Positions 9,426 through 18,623 of a DNA stretch of 64,000 nt are shown in pieces; the first letter of the stretch is position 1, and the number at the start of each line of letters is the position of its first letter. The position numbers and the translations under genes were made by a program. A model generated the notes under the pieces. It saw only the letters and a program-made list of their open reading frames with translations. It made no database searches and was not told the origin of the DNA. Origin of the DNA: an uncultured Eubacteriales bacterium (lineage in GTDB: Bacteria; Bacillota; Clostridia; Oscillospirales; CAG-382); the NCBI GenBank assembly GCA_934444645.1, contig CAKSCV010000009.1, forward strand, positions 20,439 to 84,438, in the 5' to 3' direction.

Positions 9426-10856
9426 TTAAACGTTGTAGGTGTTTCCTTTCGGAACCTCGTCGCCGCCCTTTTCGGTCTTTTCCACATAGTCACAGCTCGG
9501 GAAAATGATGTTGAGGACGATACCGGCGATCGAAGCAACGGCAAGAGAGGTGATCTTGGCGGTGGCGTTGATCGGAATGGCAACACCGCTGAGGGCGCAG
9601 ACCAAAATCACGGCCGTGATGATGAGGTTGCGGCTCTTGGAGAAGTCGATCTGGTTTTCAATGAGGTTGCGGATACCGATGGCGGAGATCATACCGTACA
9701 GGATGAAGGAGATACCGCCGATGACGGCTGTCGGAATGAGTTCAATGACAGCGGCGAATTTCGGCGAGAAGGAGAGAACAATCGCAAAGACTGCTGCGAT
9801 GCGGATAACTCTCGGGTCGTAAACCTTGGAGAGGGCAAGCACGCCGGTGTTTTCACCGTAGGTTGTGTTGGCAGGGCCGCCGAAGAGGGAGGCAAAGGTG
9901 GTGGCAAAGCCGTCGCCGATGAGCGTGCGATGAAGACCCGGATCTTCAATGAAATTGCGCTTGGTGGTGGAGGAAATGGCGGAAATGTCGCCGATGTGCT
10001 CCATCATGGTGGCAAGGGCGATGGGCGCAATAGCGATGATCGAGCTTGCAATCAGCGCGCCGTTTTTCCAATCAACGCCGCCGAATACGGTTTTCTCCCA
10101 GTGAATCGGCAGACCGATCCAGGCAGCCGATTTGACGTTTTCAAGAGCCGAAACCGAGAACAGCTTGAAGCTTTCGTTGCCGAACATGGCGATGTATTCT
10201 GCACCGTCTGCGGCGGTAATGGTCTGACCGCAGGCAACGGCAAGAATGGCGGCAACGGCACAGGCGCCGAGAACGCCCAAGAGAATCGGAATGATCTTTG
10301 CCATGCCTTTACCCCAAATATTGAAGATAATGACAATGGCAAGAGCTGTAAGTGCAAGAACCCAGTTGGCATCGCAGTTGTTTTTGGCACTGCCGCAAAG
10401 ACTGAGACCGATGGCGATGATGATCGGCCCGGTCACAACCGGCGGGAAGAAGCGCATGACCTTGGATACGCCGACGGCTTTAATCAGCGCGGCAACCACG
10501 AGGTACAAAAGACCTGCAACCGCAACACCGATGCAGGCGTAGGGAAGAAGTTGGGCTTGGGTCATGCCGTTTGCACCGGCAAGCGGAGCGATGGCGCCGT
10601 AGCCGCCTAAGAATGCGAAGGACGAGCCTAAGAAAGCCGGCACCTTGCCTTTGGTCACAAGGTGGAAAAAGAGGGTGCCGAGACCGGCCATAAGTAAGGT
10701 CGTGGCGATGTCAAGTCCGGTAAGAAGCGGAACAAGAACGGTTGCGCCAAACATGGCGAACATATGCTGGAAACCGAGAACAAGCATTTTCGGAACGCCT
10801 AAAACCCTTGCGTCATAAATGCCTTCGGAACCGATGGTGGTTTTGTTTTTACTCAT
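9426..10856 (-). CDS. pyrP: Uracil (uracil/xanthine) permease, NCS2 family
   Basis: The protein is polytopic with NCS2 signatures (FQHMFAMFGATVLVP, NTTYGENTGVLALSKV). It lies directly downstream of pyrR, and AGGAGG precedes the ATG. Confidence 0.85.
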   Translation of the reverse strand: MSKNKTTIGSEGIYDARVLGVPKMLVLGFQHMFAMFGATVLVPLLTGLDIATTLLMAGLGTLFFHLVTKGKVPAFLGSSFAFLGGYGAIAPLAGANGMTQAQLLPYACIGVAVAGLLYLVVAALIKAVGVSKVMRFFPPVVTGPIIIAIGLSLCGSAKNNCDANWVLALTALAIVIIFNIWGKGMAKIIPILLGVLGACAVAAILAVACGQTITAADGAEYIAMFGNESFKLFSVSALENVKSAAWIGLPIHWEKTVFGGVDWKNGALIASSIIAIAPIALATMMEHIGDISAISSTTKRNFIEDPGLHRTLIGDGFATTFASLFGGPANTTYGENTGVLALSKVYDPRVIRIAAVFAIVLSFSPKFAAVIELIPTAVIGGISFILYGMISAIGIRNLIENQIDFSKSRNLIITAVILVCALSGVAIPINATAKITSLAVASIAGIVLNIIFPSCDYVEKTEKGGDEVPKGNTYNV

Positions 10857-10918
10857 GAGTAAAAGCCTCCTGATTTATTTTATTCGCCGACCGCAGCCGG
10901 AAAATATCAAAAGAACGG

Positions 10919-11461
10919 TTATGCCTCGCGTTTGACGATGGTCACTTCGGAAATGCCGTCGTATTCCGGCACCTTCACGCAGATCTGCTCTTTGTGCGAG
11001 GTCGGTACGTTTTTGCCCACATAGTCGCCGCGGATGGGCAATTCCCTGTGACCGCGGTCCACAAGCACGCACAGCTTGATTTTGGAGGGACGCCCGGCGG
11101 CAATCAGCGCATCAATGGCGGCGCGTGCCGTCCGTCCGGTATAAATGACATCGTCCACAAGAATGATGGTCTTGCCCTGCACATCGAAATCAAAGGCGGC
11201 GTTTAACAGCTTCGGCTGGCTGCTTTTTTCGTGCAAATCGTCGCGGTACAGCGTAATGTCGAGTTCGCCGAGGAAGACCTTCATGTCGGAAAACGACGTG
11301 ATTTTTTCGGCAAGCATTTTGGCAAGCGGCACACCGCGGCGCTTAATGCCGACAAGACAAACGGTCGTTTCTTCGGGATTGGTCTCAATGATCTCATGCG
11401 CAAGACGCGAAAGCGTCCGGCTGACAGCATTTTCGTCCATAATGACGGTTTGTTCTGCCAT
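10919..11461 (-). CDS. pyrR: Bifunctional pyr operon regulator / uracil phosphoribosyltransferase PyrR
   Basis: A PRPP-binding motif (ILVDDVIYTGRTARAAIDAL) and PyrR-like overall sequence are present. The start was trimmed to ATG 11461 (MAEQTVIMD) behind AAAGGAG. Confidence 0.9.
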   Translation of the reverse strand: MAEQTVIMDENAVSRTLSRLAHEIIETNPEETTVCLVGIKRRGVPLAKMLAEKITSFSDMKVFLGELDITLYRDDLHEKSSQPKLLNAAFDFDVQGKTIILVDDVIYTGRTARAAIDALIAAGRPSKIKLCVLVDRGHRELPIRGDYVGKNVPTSHKEQICVKVPEYDGISEVTIVKREA

Positions 11462-11504
11462 GGCACCCGGCACTCCTTTCGTTTTCTCCCGCGGCAAACG
11501 GCAT

Positions 11505-11531
11505 AAAAAAAGCCTGTCGGCAGACCGACAG
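11505..11531 (-). terminator. Attenuator terminator in the pyrR leader
   Basis: The minus-strand RNA reads CUGUCGG-UCUG-CCGACAG followed by GC and a 7-U run. It lies about 45 nt upstream of the pyrR start. Confidence 0.6.
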
Positions 11532-11583
11532 ACATAAATCAGCGTTTATGCATAAAAAGGGCATAAAAACACAAATATTATGA

Positions 11584-11616
11584 ACCTTGCCGGCATCCCG
11601 TACCGAATTAAAGGAT
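11584..11616 (-). promoter_or_regulatory. Candidate PyrR-binding stem-loop in the pyrR leader
   Basis: The minus-strand RNA is UCCUUUAAUUCGGUACGGGAUGCCGGCAAGGUU. It has an outer CCUU/AAGG stem, an inner CGG/CCG stem and a purine-rich loop. The architecture resembles the PyrR binding loop as I recall it, but the loop sequence differs. Confidence 0.4.
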
Positions 11617-11629
11617 TTTTACTGTGGCA

Positions 11630-11658
11630 AGTATACCATAAACGGACGCTTTTGTAAA
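11630..11658 (-). promoter_or_regulatory. sigma-A-type promoter of the pyrR leader
   Basis: On the minus strand TTTACA (11653-11658) is followed by 17 nt and then an extended -10, TGgTATACT (TATACT = 11630-11635). Confidence 0.5.
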
Positions 11659-11770
11659 GAGGTTTCGAAACATTTCTTCTTTTTTGCTGTTTTGAACAAG
11701 TTTTAACGGACTTTTTTGGTGCTTTTTACATATTTCGCCTTTTTTCATCAAACCGCGTTCGGAAATCTGC

Positions 11771-11799
11771 TTGACAAAAATCAATATATAGTATATAAT
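11771..11799 (+). promoter_or_regulatory. Perfect consensus sigma-A promoter
   Basis: TTGACA (11771-11776), exactly 17 nt, then TATAAT (11794-11799). It lies 40 nt upstream of the TPR gene start. Confidence 0.65.
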
Positions 11800-11838
11800 T
11801 GTATAAAAATATACGATATATTGTATTGGAGGATGCAT

Positions 11839-12678
11839 ATGCTCGATAAAAGCGATTATCTCGAACCGTGCTGCCCGTTCGACACCGACTTTTACAGGGA
11901 TGCGCCGCAAAAGCAGCCGACGGGACATATTTCCGTTTCGGAAATGCTTTCGCAGATCGACCGTCTGTATGCGCGCGGCGACCGCGATGCCATCGGCAGG
12001 GTGTTAACCGAATACCGCGAAAACGCCGAACGCTTGAACGATATTCACGGAGAGCTTTCGGTGTTAAACGAAATGCTCGGCCATTACCGCATGACGGCAA
12101 ATCCCGAAAAAGGGCTTGCCGCTGCTCGCCGAACGCTGGAATTGCTGCCGCAGGCGGATATTGCCGGGTCTGTGAGTGCCGGAACCATCCTTCTCAATGC
12201 CGCAACGGCCCTGCGGTCGTTCGGAAATGCAGCAAAAGCCTTGCAGCTGTATGCCGAAGCCTGCCGCTGCTATGCGGCACATCTGCCGCCCGAAGACCGC
12301 CGCTTTGCCGGACTCTACAACAATATGGCGTCTTCGTATGACGATGTCGGCGAAACGGCTCATGCCGAGACCTTCTATCAAAAAGCCCTTGCCGTTTTGG
12401 AAAAGTACGATGATCCGGAGGCCGTGCTTGACCGTGCCGTGACGCTGTTGAACCTTGCGCAGTTTTATGGAGCGCACGATGCCGCCGATGCCCGTGCTGC
12501 CTCGTATGCCGAAGCGTCGTTCGCGCTTTTCGAAAAAAGCGACTTGCCGCGCGCATACTATTATGCGCACACCGCCGAAAAATGCGCCGGCGGCTTTGAT
12601 GCGCTCGGCTTCTTTGTGTATGCCGATGCCTTGAAAAGCCGCGCCGAGGCCATTTATAGCGGAGAAACAGACGTATGA
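11839..12678 (+). CDS. Tetratricopeptide-repeat protein
   Basis: TPR-like helices are visible (LYNNMASSYDDVGETAHAETFYQKALAVLEK, LLNLAQFY...). The start was set at ATG 11839, 5 nt after GGAGGA (11828-11833). The track start at 11716 runs through the promoter. Confidence 0.6.
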   Translation: MLDKSDYLEPCCPFDTDFYRDAPQKQPTGHISVSEMLSQIDRLYARGDRDAIGRVLTEYRENAERLNDIHGELSVLNEMLGHYRMTANPEKGLAAARRTLELLPQADIAGSVSAGTILLNAATALRSFGNAAKALQLYAEACRCYAAHLPPEDRRFAGLYNNMASSYDDVGETAHAETFYQKALAVLEKYDDPEAVLDRAVTLLNLAQFYGAHDAADARAASYAEASFALFEKSDLPRAYYYAHTAEKCAGGFDALGFFVYADALKSRAEAIYSGETDV

Positions 12679-13625
12679 AGACACGTATGAAAGGCTTGGA
12701 GCTTTCCCGCGCGTTTTTCGAAGCCTACGGCCGAACGCTCATTGAAACGGAATTTGCGCCGTTTGCCGACCGTATCGCCGCCGGGCTTGTCGGCCCAGGT
12801 TCGGAGCGGTACGGCTTTGACGACGGCGTGTCGGAGGATCACGATTTCTGCGCCGGGTTTTGCCTGTGGATAAGCGAAGAGGACGACAGAGCGTTCGGCT
12901 TTGCGCTTGCCAAGGCGTATCGAAAGCTGCCGGAGACGTTTTGGGGCGTGCCGACCAAAGAGAAGCTTCGCGGCGGCGCATCGCGCTACGGCGTGATGAC
13001 CGTCGAAGATTTTTTCACGCCGCTTGTCGGCAAAAACTTCGCTTCGCTTTCACCGGAGGAGTTTTTGTATACGCCGGAACACTATCTTGCCGACGCATCC
13101 AACGGCGAACTGTTTTACGATAAAGGCGGCACATTTACCAAAATATACGAACAAATCCGCACCGGAATGCCCGAGGATGTGCGCTTAAAAAAACTTGCCG
13201 CAAGCCTTTGCGGTATGGCGCAGGCCGGACAGTACAATTATGCCCGTGCGCTTTCGCACGGCGAAGAGGGCGCGGCCGTGTTAGCTCTTGCCGAATTTGT
13301 CAAAGCTGCCGCCACGGCACTTCACCTGTTGAACGGCTGCCACGCACCGTTTTACAAATGGATGCTGCGGTCGGTTTCACGTCTTCCGGCTCTCGGCAGC
13401 CTTGCGGACAGTCTTGAATATCTGTTGACCGGCGAAAACGGCGCAAAGGGCACGCTTATCAAGGGCGAGATTATCGAGGATGTTTGCACGGGCGTTGCGG
13501 ATTTTCTGCGTCAAAACGGCTTGTCCGATTCGGAAAGTGATTTTCTCGAAGACCATGCCAAAAGCGTGACAAACAAGATTCGCGCCGCGGCGTTTCGCAA
13601 TCTGCCGCTGATGGTTGGGCTGTGA
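12675..13625 (+). CDS. DUF4037-like (nucleotidyltransferase-fold) protein
   Basis: GLELSRAFFEAYG...GPGSERYGFDDGVSEDHDF resembles my memory of the DUF4037 family N-terminus. Its ATG overlaps the TPR stop (ATGA at 12675-12678). Confidence 0.45.
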   Translation: MKTRMKGLELSRAFFEAYGRTLIETEFAPFADRIAAGLVGPGSERYGFDDGVSEDHDFCAGFCLWISEEDDRAFGFALAKAYRKLPETFWGVPTKEKLRGGASRYGVMTVEDFFTPLVGKNFASLSPEEFLYTPEHYLADASNGELFYDKGGTFTKIYEQIRTGMPEDVRLKKLAASLCGMAQAGQYNYARALSHGEEGAAVLALAEFVKAAATALHLLNGCHAPFYKWMLRSVSRLPALGSLADSLEYLLTGENGAKGTLIKGEIIEDVCTGVADFLRQNGLSDSESDFLEDHAKSVTNKIRAAAFRNLPLMVGL

Positions 13626-13752
13626 TTGCGAAGGCTCCTTTGCGAATGTTAACTTTGTGTAAACTGCAAGGCGCAGCTATTGCATTTTACCTATACAGTG
13701 TATTATACTGTTAAAAATAATAGTATACTTTGTACAGGAGATGTAACACACC

Positions 13753-15120
13753 TTGAAAGAAAAACTTAACAAACGGGAGCTTGCCTCCATCGCCGTCATG
13801 CTGTTCGGCTTGTTCTTCGGCGCAGGCAACCTGATATTCCCGCCGACGGTGGGACAGTATGCCGGAAAAAACATTTTACCGGCAACCATCGGCTTATTGA
13901 TCACGGCTGTCAGTCTGCCGCTTTTGGGCGTGGTTGCCATCGGCATCAGCCGCAGCGAAGGGCTTATCGAGCTTTCCGGCAAGGTCGGCGGCGCGTATAA
14001 GGTGTTCTTCACCTGTGCGCTGTATTTGACCATCGGACCGCTGTTTGCCATTCCGCGCTGTGCGGCAACGCCGTTTGATACGGGCGTTAAGCAATTGCTC
14101 GGCGTGACGGAACAAACACAATCGCTGTATTTGTTCCTGTATTCGCTCCTTTTCTTTACAATTGTCCTTGCGTTCTCGCTGTTCCCCGGAAAAATCGTTA
14201 CATGGGTCGGAAAAATCTTAACGCCGGTGTTCCTTGTTTTCTTGGGCGTGCTTGTCATTGCCGCTTTTGTCAACCCCATGGGTTCGATAAGCGCGGTTGA
14301 AGCGAGCGGCAAATATGCGGAAGCACCCTTTATGTCCGGTTTCCTTGAGGGCTACAACACCATGGATGCGCTTGCCAGCCTTGCCTTCGGCATCGTCGTG
14401 GTCACGGCCATCCGTGATTTCGGTGTCACCGAGCCGAAAGCGGTTGCCAAAAGCACGGTCAAGGCCGGTATTTTCAGCTGCCTCATCATGGCGGTCATCT
14501 ATGTGCTTCTTGTGATTGTCGGCGTGCAGAGCCGCGGCCTTTTCGAGGTTTGTAAAACCGGCGGCGAGGTCTTTGCCTTGGTCTCCGAACACTATTTCAG
14601 AAAAGTCGGTACCTTCGTGCTTGCCGGAATTTTCACATTCGCCTGTCTAAAAACGGCCATCGGCCTTGTCACCAGCTGCTCGGAAACCTTCTGCAAGCTG
14701 TTCCCGAAGCTGTTCGGCTATAAGGTCTGGGCGGTCATTTTCAGTGTGGTTTCCTTTATCATTGCCAACTTCGGCTTGTCCTCGATCATTGCATATTCCG
14801 TTCCGGTTTTGATGTTCTTGTATCCGCTTGCCATCACCCTTATTTTGCTTGGCCTTTTCGGAAACCTCTTTGGCCATAACCGCTATGTGTACGGCTTTGT
14901 GACCGGCTTTACGCTTTTCGAAGCCATCTTTGATTTCATTAAAGCACTGCCGGACTTTATCAAAACGGCGATTCATTTCGAAATCCTTGAGCCGGTGTTA
15001 AACAAAGTCTTCCCGTTATACGAATATGGCGTGGGCTGGCTCGTCCCGGCGCTTGTCGGTCTTGTGATCGGTCTTGCCGTGATGTACGCCACCAAAAACA
15101 CAAAGAAAGCCAAAGCTTAA
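13753..15120 (+). CDS. brnQ: Branched-chain amino acid transport system II carrier (LIVCS)
   Basis: The BrnQ N-terminal signature MLFGLFFGAGNLIFPP is present in a protein with about 12 TM segments. The start is TTG behind CAGGAG. Confidence 0.85.
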   Translation: MKEKLNKRELASIAVMLFGLFFGAGNLIFPPTVGQYAGKNILPATIGLLITAVSLPLLGVVAIGISRSEGLIELSGKVGGAYKVFFTCALYLTIGPLFAIPRCAATPFDTGVKQLLGVTEQTQSLYLFLYSLLFFTIVLAFSLFPGKIVTWVGKILTPVFLVFLGVLVIAAFVNPMGSISAVEASGKYAEAPFMSGFLEGYNTMDALASLAFGIVVVTAIRDFGVTEPKAVAKSTVKAGIFSCLIMAVIYVLLVIVGVQSRGLFEVCKTGGEVFALVSEHYFRKVGTFVLAGIFTFACLKTAIGLVTSCSETFCKLFPKLFGYKVWAVIFSVVSFIIANFGLSSIIAYSVPVLMFLYPLAITLILLGLFGNLFGHNRYVYGFVTGFTLFEAIFDFIKALPDFIKTAIHFEILEPVLNKVFPLYEYGVGWLVPALVGLVIGLAVMYATKNTKKAKA

Positions 15121-15147
15121 GAAATTCTTTGATTCCTATACACAGCA

Positions 15148-15185
15148 GACAGAACCGAACAGCCAAACGGTTCTGTCTTTTTTTT
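15148..15185 (+). terminator. Rho-independent terminator of brnQ
   Basis: The stem is GACAGAACCG (15148-15157) / CGGTTCTGTC (15168-15177), followed by an 8-T run. Confidence 0.7.
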
Positions 15186-15206
15186 GCAAAAAATGCAGCT
15201 TAGGGC

Positions 15207-15235
15207 TTGAAAAGATGCGGTAAATGTACTATAAT
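15207..15235 (+). promoter_or_regulatory. sigma-A-type promoter of the nnr operon
   Basis: TTGAAA (15207-15212), 17 nt, then TATAAT (15230-15235). Confidence 0.55.
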
Positions 15236-15289
15236 ATTAAGTTAGTAAGTGAGAAACCCGTCCCGTGCATTCTTAAAGGAGAGAGAGCA

Positions 15290-16807
15290 ATGAAAACCTA
15301 TACGCCGCAGACGATGCAGAAAGCGGAACAGTCTTATTTTGAAAAAGCGGGCGTATCGCCGTTGGAGCTTATGCAAAAAGCCGCCGCTAACGTTTTTTTT
15401 GCGGTTCGTTCCAGGCTTCGTCCGTATGATACCGTCACGGTGCTGTGCGGCAAAGGCAACAATGCCGGCGACGGCTATGAAATTGCACGCCTCATGCGCA
15501 AGGACGGTCGGAATGTGATCTGTGTGAGCGTTCTCGGCGGCGAGCCGACCGTGGAACCGGCGCAAACCTGCTGTAAGGCCTATTTGGCGGAGGGCGGCAA
15601 AATTATCACCGATCCTCGGATTGCGTTAAAAAAGATCGCCTTTTCCACCGTGATCGTCGATGCTGTGTTCGGTATCGGCTTTCGCGGCGAAATATCCAAA
15701 GAAAGCGTTTTGTATCAATATATCGACAAAGCCAATCTGTCGGGCGCGTTCCGCGTGGCTGTGGATGTGCCCAGCGGCGTGCGCAGCATCGACGGCAGTG
15801 TCGGCGGCATTGCCTTTGCCGCGGATTTGACTGTAACGATTTCGGCATATAAAATTGGGATGTTATCCTATCCGGCACGTTTTTACTGCGGAAAAACGGA
15901 GGTTGCGGACATCGGCCTCCCGGAGGCGCTTCTCGATTCGTTTGCCGCAGAGAACTGCGGCTTTGTACCGGAGGACGAGTATGTGAAAACCGTTTTGCCG
16001 GCGCGTCCGCTCATGTCCAACAAGGGCACTTTCGGCAAGGTGTGCTGCATTTGCGGCAGCGAAACCATGACCGGCGCGGCGGTGCTTTCGGTGGGCGCGG
16101 CTTTGCGGACGGGTGCCGGGCTTGTGACGCTTGCTTCCTGTAAGGAGGTCATCGATTGTGTCCGCACGGCCTATCCCGAACCCATTTATGCACCCATTGA
16201 CTGGAAGGATAAAGAAAAAGCCGCTTCCTTCGCCGATTCGCTCGCCAAATATACCACGGTGCTGATCGGCTGCGGCTGGAACCAAAGCGCAGTCAAGACG
16301 GATTTTCTCAAAACCGTGCTGAAAACGGTTTCCGCACAGCTTGTTTTGGATGCAGACGGCATAAATCAGCTGTGTCCCTTCATAGAATTGTTGCGGGAAG
16401 CAAAACAAATACCGATTTTAACGCCGCATCCCGGTGAATTTGCACGTCTTACCGGCTATGATGTAAACTATATCAACGACAACCGGATCGCGTGTGCTGT
16501 GGAGTTTGCCGAAAAATACCGTTGTATTCTGGTCTTGAAGGGCGCCGGAACGGTCATCGCTTCGCCGGACGGACGCTATGCCGTCAACACGACCGGCAAT
16601 CCGGGTCTTGCCAAAGGCGGCAGCGGCGATGTGCTTGCCGGCCTTATCGCAGGTCTTGCGGCAAACCCCTATGTTTCGGCGTTCGATGCGGCTGTGTGCG
16701 GTGTGTATCTGCACGGAAAAGCGGCGGATATCTTAAAGCGGACTGTCTCCGAATACGGGTTTTTGCCGTCGGAACTCGCTTTGGAGGTTGCCAAGCTGCT
16801 TCCCTAA
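15290..16807 (+). CDS. nnr: Bifunctional NAD(P)H-hydrate epimerase / ADP-dependent dehydratase
   Basis: The YjeF N-domain motif GKGNNAGDGY and the C-domain motif GGSGDVLAG are present. The start was trimmed to ATG 15290 behind AAAGGAGAG. Confidence 0.88.
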   Translation: MKTYTPQTMQKAEQSYFEKAGVSPLELMQKAAANVFFAVRSRLRPYDTVTVLCGKGNNAGDGYEIARLMRKDGRNVICVSVLGGEPTVEPAQTCCKAYLAEGGKIITDPRIALKKIAFSTVIVDAVFGIGFRGEISKESVLYQYIDKANLSGAFRVAVDVPSGVRSIDGSVGGIAFAADLTVTISAYKIGMLSYPARFYCGKTEVADIGLPEALLDSFAAENCGFVPEDEYVKTVLPARPLMSNKGTFGKVCCICGSETMTGAAVLSVGAALRTGAGLVTLASCKEVIDCVRTAYPEPIYAPIDWKDKEKAASFADSLAKYTTVLIGCGWNQSAVKTDFLKTVLKTVSAQLVLDADGINQLCPFIELLREAKQIPILTPHPGEFARLTGYDVNYINDNRIACAVEFAEKYRCILVLKGAGTVIASPDGRYAVNTTGNPGLAKGGSGDVLAGLIAGLAANPYVSAFDAAVCGVYLHGKAADILKRTVSEYGFLPSELALEVAKLLP

Positions 16808-16828
16808 CAAATTGTTGGAGGGATAGCC

Positions 16829-17455
16829 TTGTCAAGAACTTTATCCGAAACGCGAAGAAAACCGTTTATGCGCCGCTTGTGTGCAGTGTGTGCCATGCTT
16901 TTGCTTGTGCCGCTGTTGGCGTCCTGCTCGGATACCGCCGGCAAAAAAACGCTGTGTCAAACCCTGTTTTCGCCCTATACCGCCGAAATCGAATTTGCCT
17001 TTGATAAAGACGGCGCATCGGTCTGCGGCAGGGCGCATCTGACGCGCGGCGAAACCGTGCGTATCGATATTCTGTCGCCGGACCCGTTTACCGGGATCAG
17101 TGCCGAAATGAGTGCCGATGACCGTGCGGAGCTAATCAGTCTTTCCTATTCGGGCATTAAGGCGGCACTTCCGAAAAACACGCTCGATAAGCTTGACCTT
17201 ATGCTGTCGTTATTTGCCGACCGCGCGGCTTCATGCGTGGAAAAAATGCCTGCCAAAGCCTTCGAACCCTGCGAGGACGTGTATACCGTCGAAGGGCTTG
17301 CCGAGGTAAAACCATATAAGGTCTCGTATACCTATGCGGATGTGCAGGTGTTGCTTGTGTACGATTGCAAAACCGGCACACCGCTCGATATCTGTGCCAA
17401 GACCGACGGAAGCGCGGCCGAGGTGAAAATAACGAAATTCAAAGGAACGACTTAA
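16829..17455 (+). CDS. Lipoprotein of unknown function
   Basis: The signal peptide carries a lipobox (LLLVPLLASCSD). The start is TTG 16829, 6 nt after GGAGGG, with an alternative ATG at 16868. It occupies the position that ydcC holds next to alr in Bacillus. Confidence 0.6.
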   Translation: MSRTLSETRRKPFMRRLCAVCAMLLLVPLLASCSDTAGKKTLCQTLFSPYTAEIEFAFDKDGASVCGRAHLTRGETVRIDILSPDPFTGISAEMSADDRAELISLSYSGIKAALPKNTLDKLDLMLSLFADRAASCVEKMPAKAFEPCEDVYTVEGLAEVKPYKVSYTYADVQVLLVYDCKTGTPLDICAKTDGSAAEVKITKFKGTT

Positions 17456-17489
17456 CCGTTCCTTCGCCAAACGTGAAAAGAGGAACTTC

Positions 17490-18623
17490 ATGCTGAATCA
17501 TACCGATGTAAAAAAAACAAGAGCTGTGATCGACCTGAATGCGATTGCGCAGAATTATACGCATACCGCAAAAGTTTGTGCGCCTGCCAAAGTGGCTGCG
17601 GTGGTCAAAGCCGATGCTTACGGCCACGGTGCGCTTGCCGTGGCGAAACGGTTGAATACCGTCGGCTGTGATTTTTTCACCGTTTCGAACATCGACGAAG
17701 CGCTTGAGCTTCGCATCGGCGGCATAACGGGGACGATCTTGGTGCTCGGCTATGTGCTTGACGAGTTTTTGCCGGAAGCGGTGGAAAACGATATTTCGCT
17801 TGCCGTGGACACGGCGGCGCATTTGAAAACGATTTTACAGGCGGCTGACGGCAGAACCGTGAAAATCCATCTCAAGCTCGATACCGGCATGAACCGCACC
17901 GGCTTTTTTGCCAAAGGCGACGGTGCGCTGCTCGACGGAGAATTGCTGGAAGCGGCCGCATTGCTTGAAAACCATCCAAACCTTGTGTGTGAGGGCATTT
18001 TCTCGCACTTTGCCGTTGCGGACGAGCCGAATGGGGCTGCTTTTACCGAAAAGCAGTATGCACGCTTTATCGCAACGGTCGAAAAGCTGCGTGCTCTCGG
18101 GATCAAACCGACCTATCGCCACATTTGCAACAGTGCCGGCATCGTGCGTTTTCCGCAGATGCATTTGGATGCCGTGCGCATGGGTGTGACGCTATACGGC
18201 TGCGGCGATTTGGACAGCGCGTGCGTTCCTGCCATGACCTTCAAAACGCGTGTTATCAATGTGCATACCTTAAAAAAAGGCGAAAGCGTCAGCTATGGCT
18301 GTACCTACACGGCAGATACCGACCGGCGGATCGCTGTTATCGGAGCAGGCTATGCCGACGGCTACAAACGCTGTCTTTCGGGCAAGGGCTATGTGCTGTG
18401 CCACGGAAAGAAAGCACCGCTTGTCGGACGTATCTGCATGGATATGGCCATGGCGGATGTGACGGATATTCCGGAGGCTGGGGTCGGCGACGATGTGGTT
18501 TTGTTCGGCAAGGACGGGAACGAACGGCTTTCTGCCGAACAGCTTGCCGCATGGGCGGACACCATTCCGTATGAGATCCTTTGTGCGGTTTCGGCACGTG
18601 TACCGCGCGTTTATGAGAATTGA
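17490..18623 (+). CDS. alr: Alanine racemase
   Basis: The PLP-lysine motif VVKADAYGHG and full-length Alr character (ICMDMAMADVT, IPYEILC) are present. Confidence 0.92.
   Translation: MLNHTDVKKTRAVIDLNAIAQNYTHTAKVCAPAKVAAVVKADAYGHGALAVAKRLNTVGCDFFTVSNIDEALELRIGGITGTILVLGYVLDEFLPEAVENDISLAVDTAAHLKTILQAADGRTVKIHLKLDTGMNRTGFFAKGDGALLDGELLEAAALLENHPNLVCEGIFSHFAVADEPNGAAFTEKQYARFIATVEKLRALGIKPTYRHICNSAGIVRFPQMHLDAVRMGVTLYGCGDLDSACVPAMTFKTRVINVHTLKKGESVSYGCTYTADTDRRIAVIGAGYADGYKRCLSGKGYVLCHGKKAPLVGRICMDMAMADVTDIPEAGVGDDVVLFGKDGNERLSAEQLAAWADTIPYEILCAVSARVPRVYEN

Noticed and set aside
10857-10918. Second PyrR attenuator between pyrR and pyrP
   Set aside because: The spacer is 62 nt, and I found no stable hairpin followed by a U-run.
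10919-11497. N-terminal extensions in the ORF track (pyrR to 11497; potB to 45595; uxaC from 36277; nnr from 15224; nucleoside hydrolase from 24692; TPR from 11716; AraC to 3632; GRE to 40759)
   Set aside because: In each case an internal ATG sits 5-10 nt downstream of a GGAGG-like RBS and matches the expected family N-terminus. The extension runs through promoters, terminators or the upstream gene.
11608-11928. 106-aa minus-strand ORF between pyrR and the TPR gene
   Set aside because: It spans the two divergent promoters and is AT-rich promoter DNA rather than coding sequence. It has no RBS.
13626-13752. Possible T-box, riboswitch or CodY box upstream of brnQ; possible terminator TTGCGAAGG...CCTTTGCGAA after the DUF4037-like gene
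   Set aside because: The region is only about 125 nt. No T-box or CodY consensus (AATTTTCWGAAAATT) is visible, and the putative hairpin does not pair when written out.
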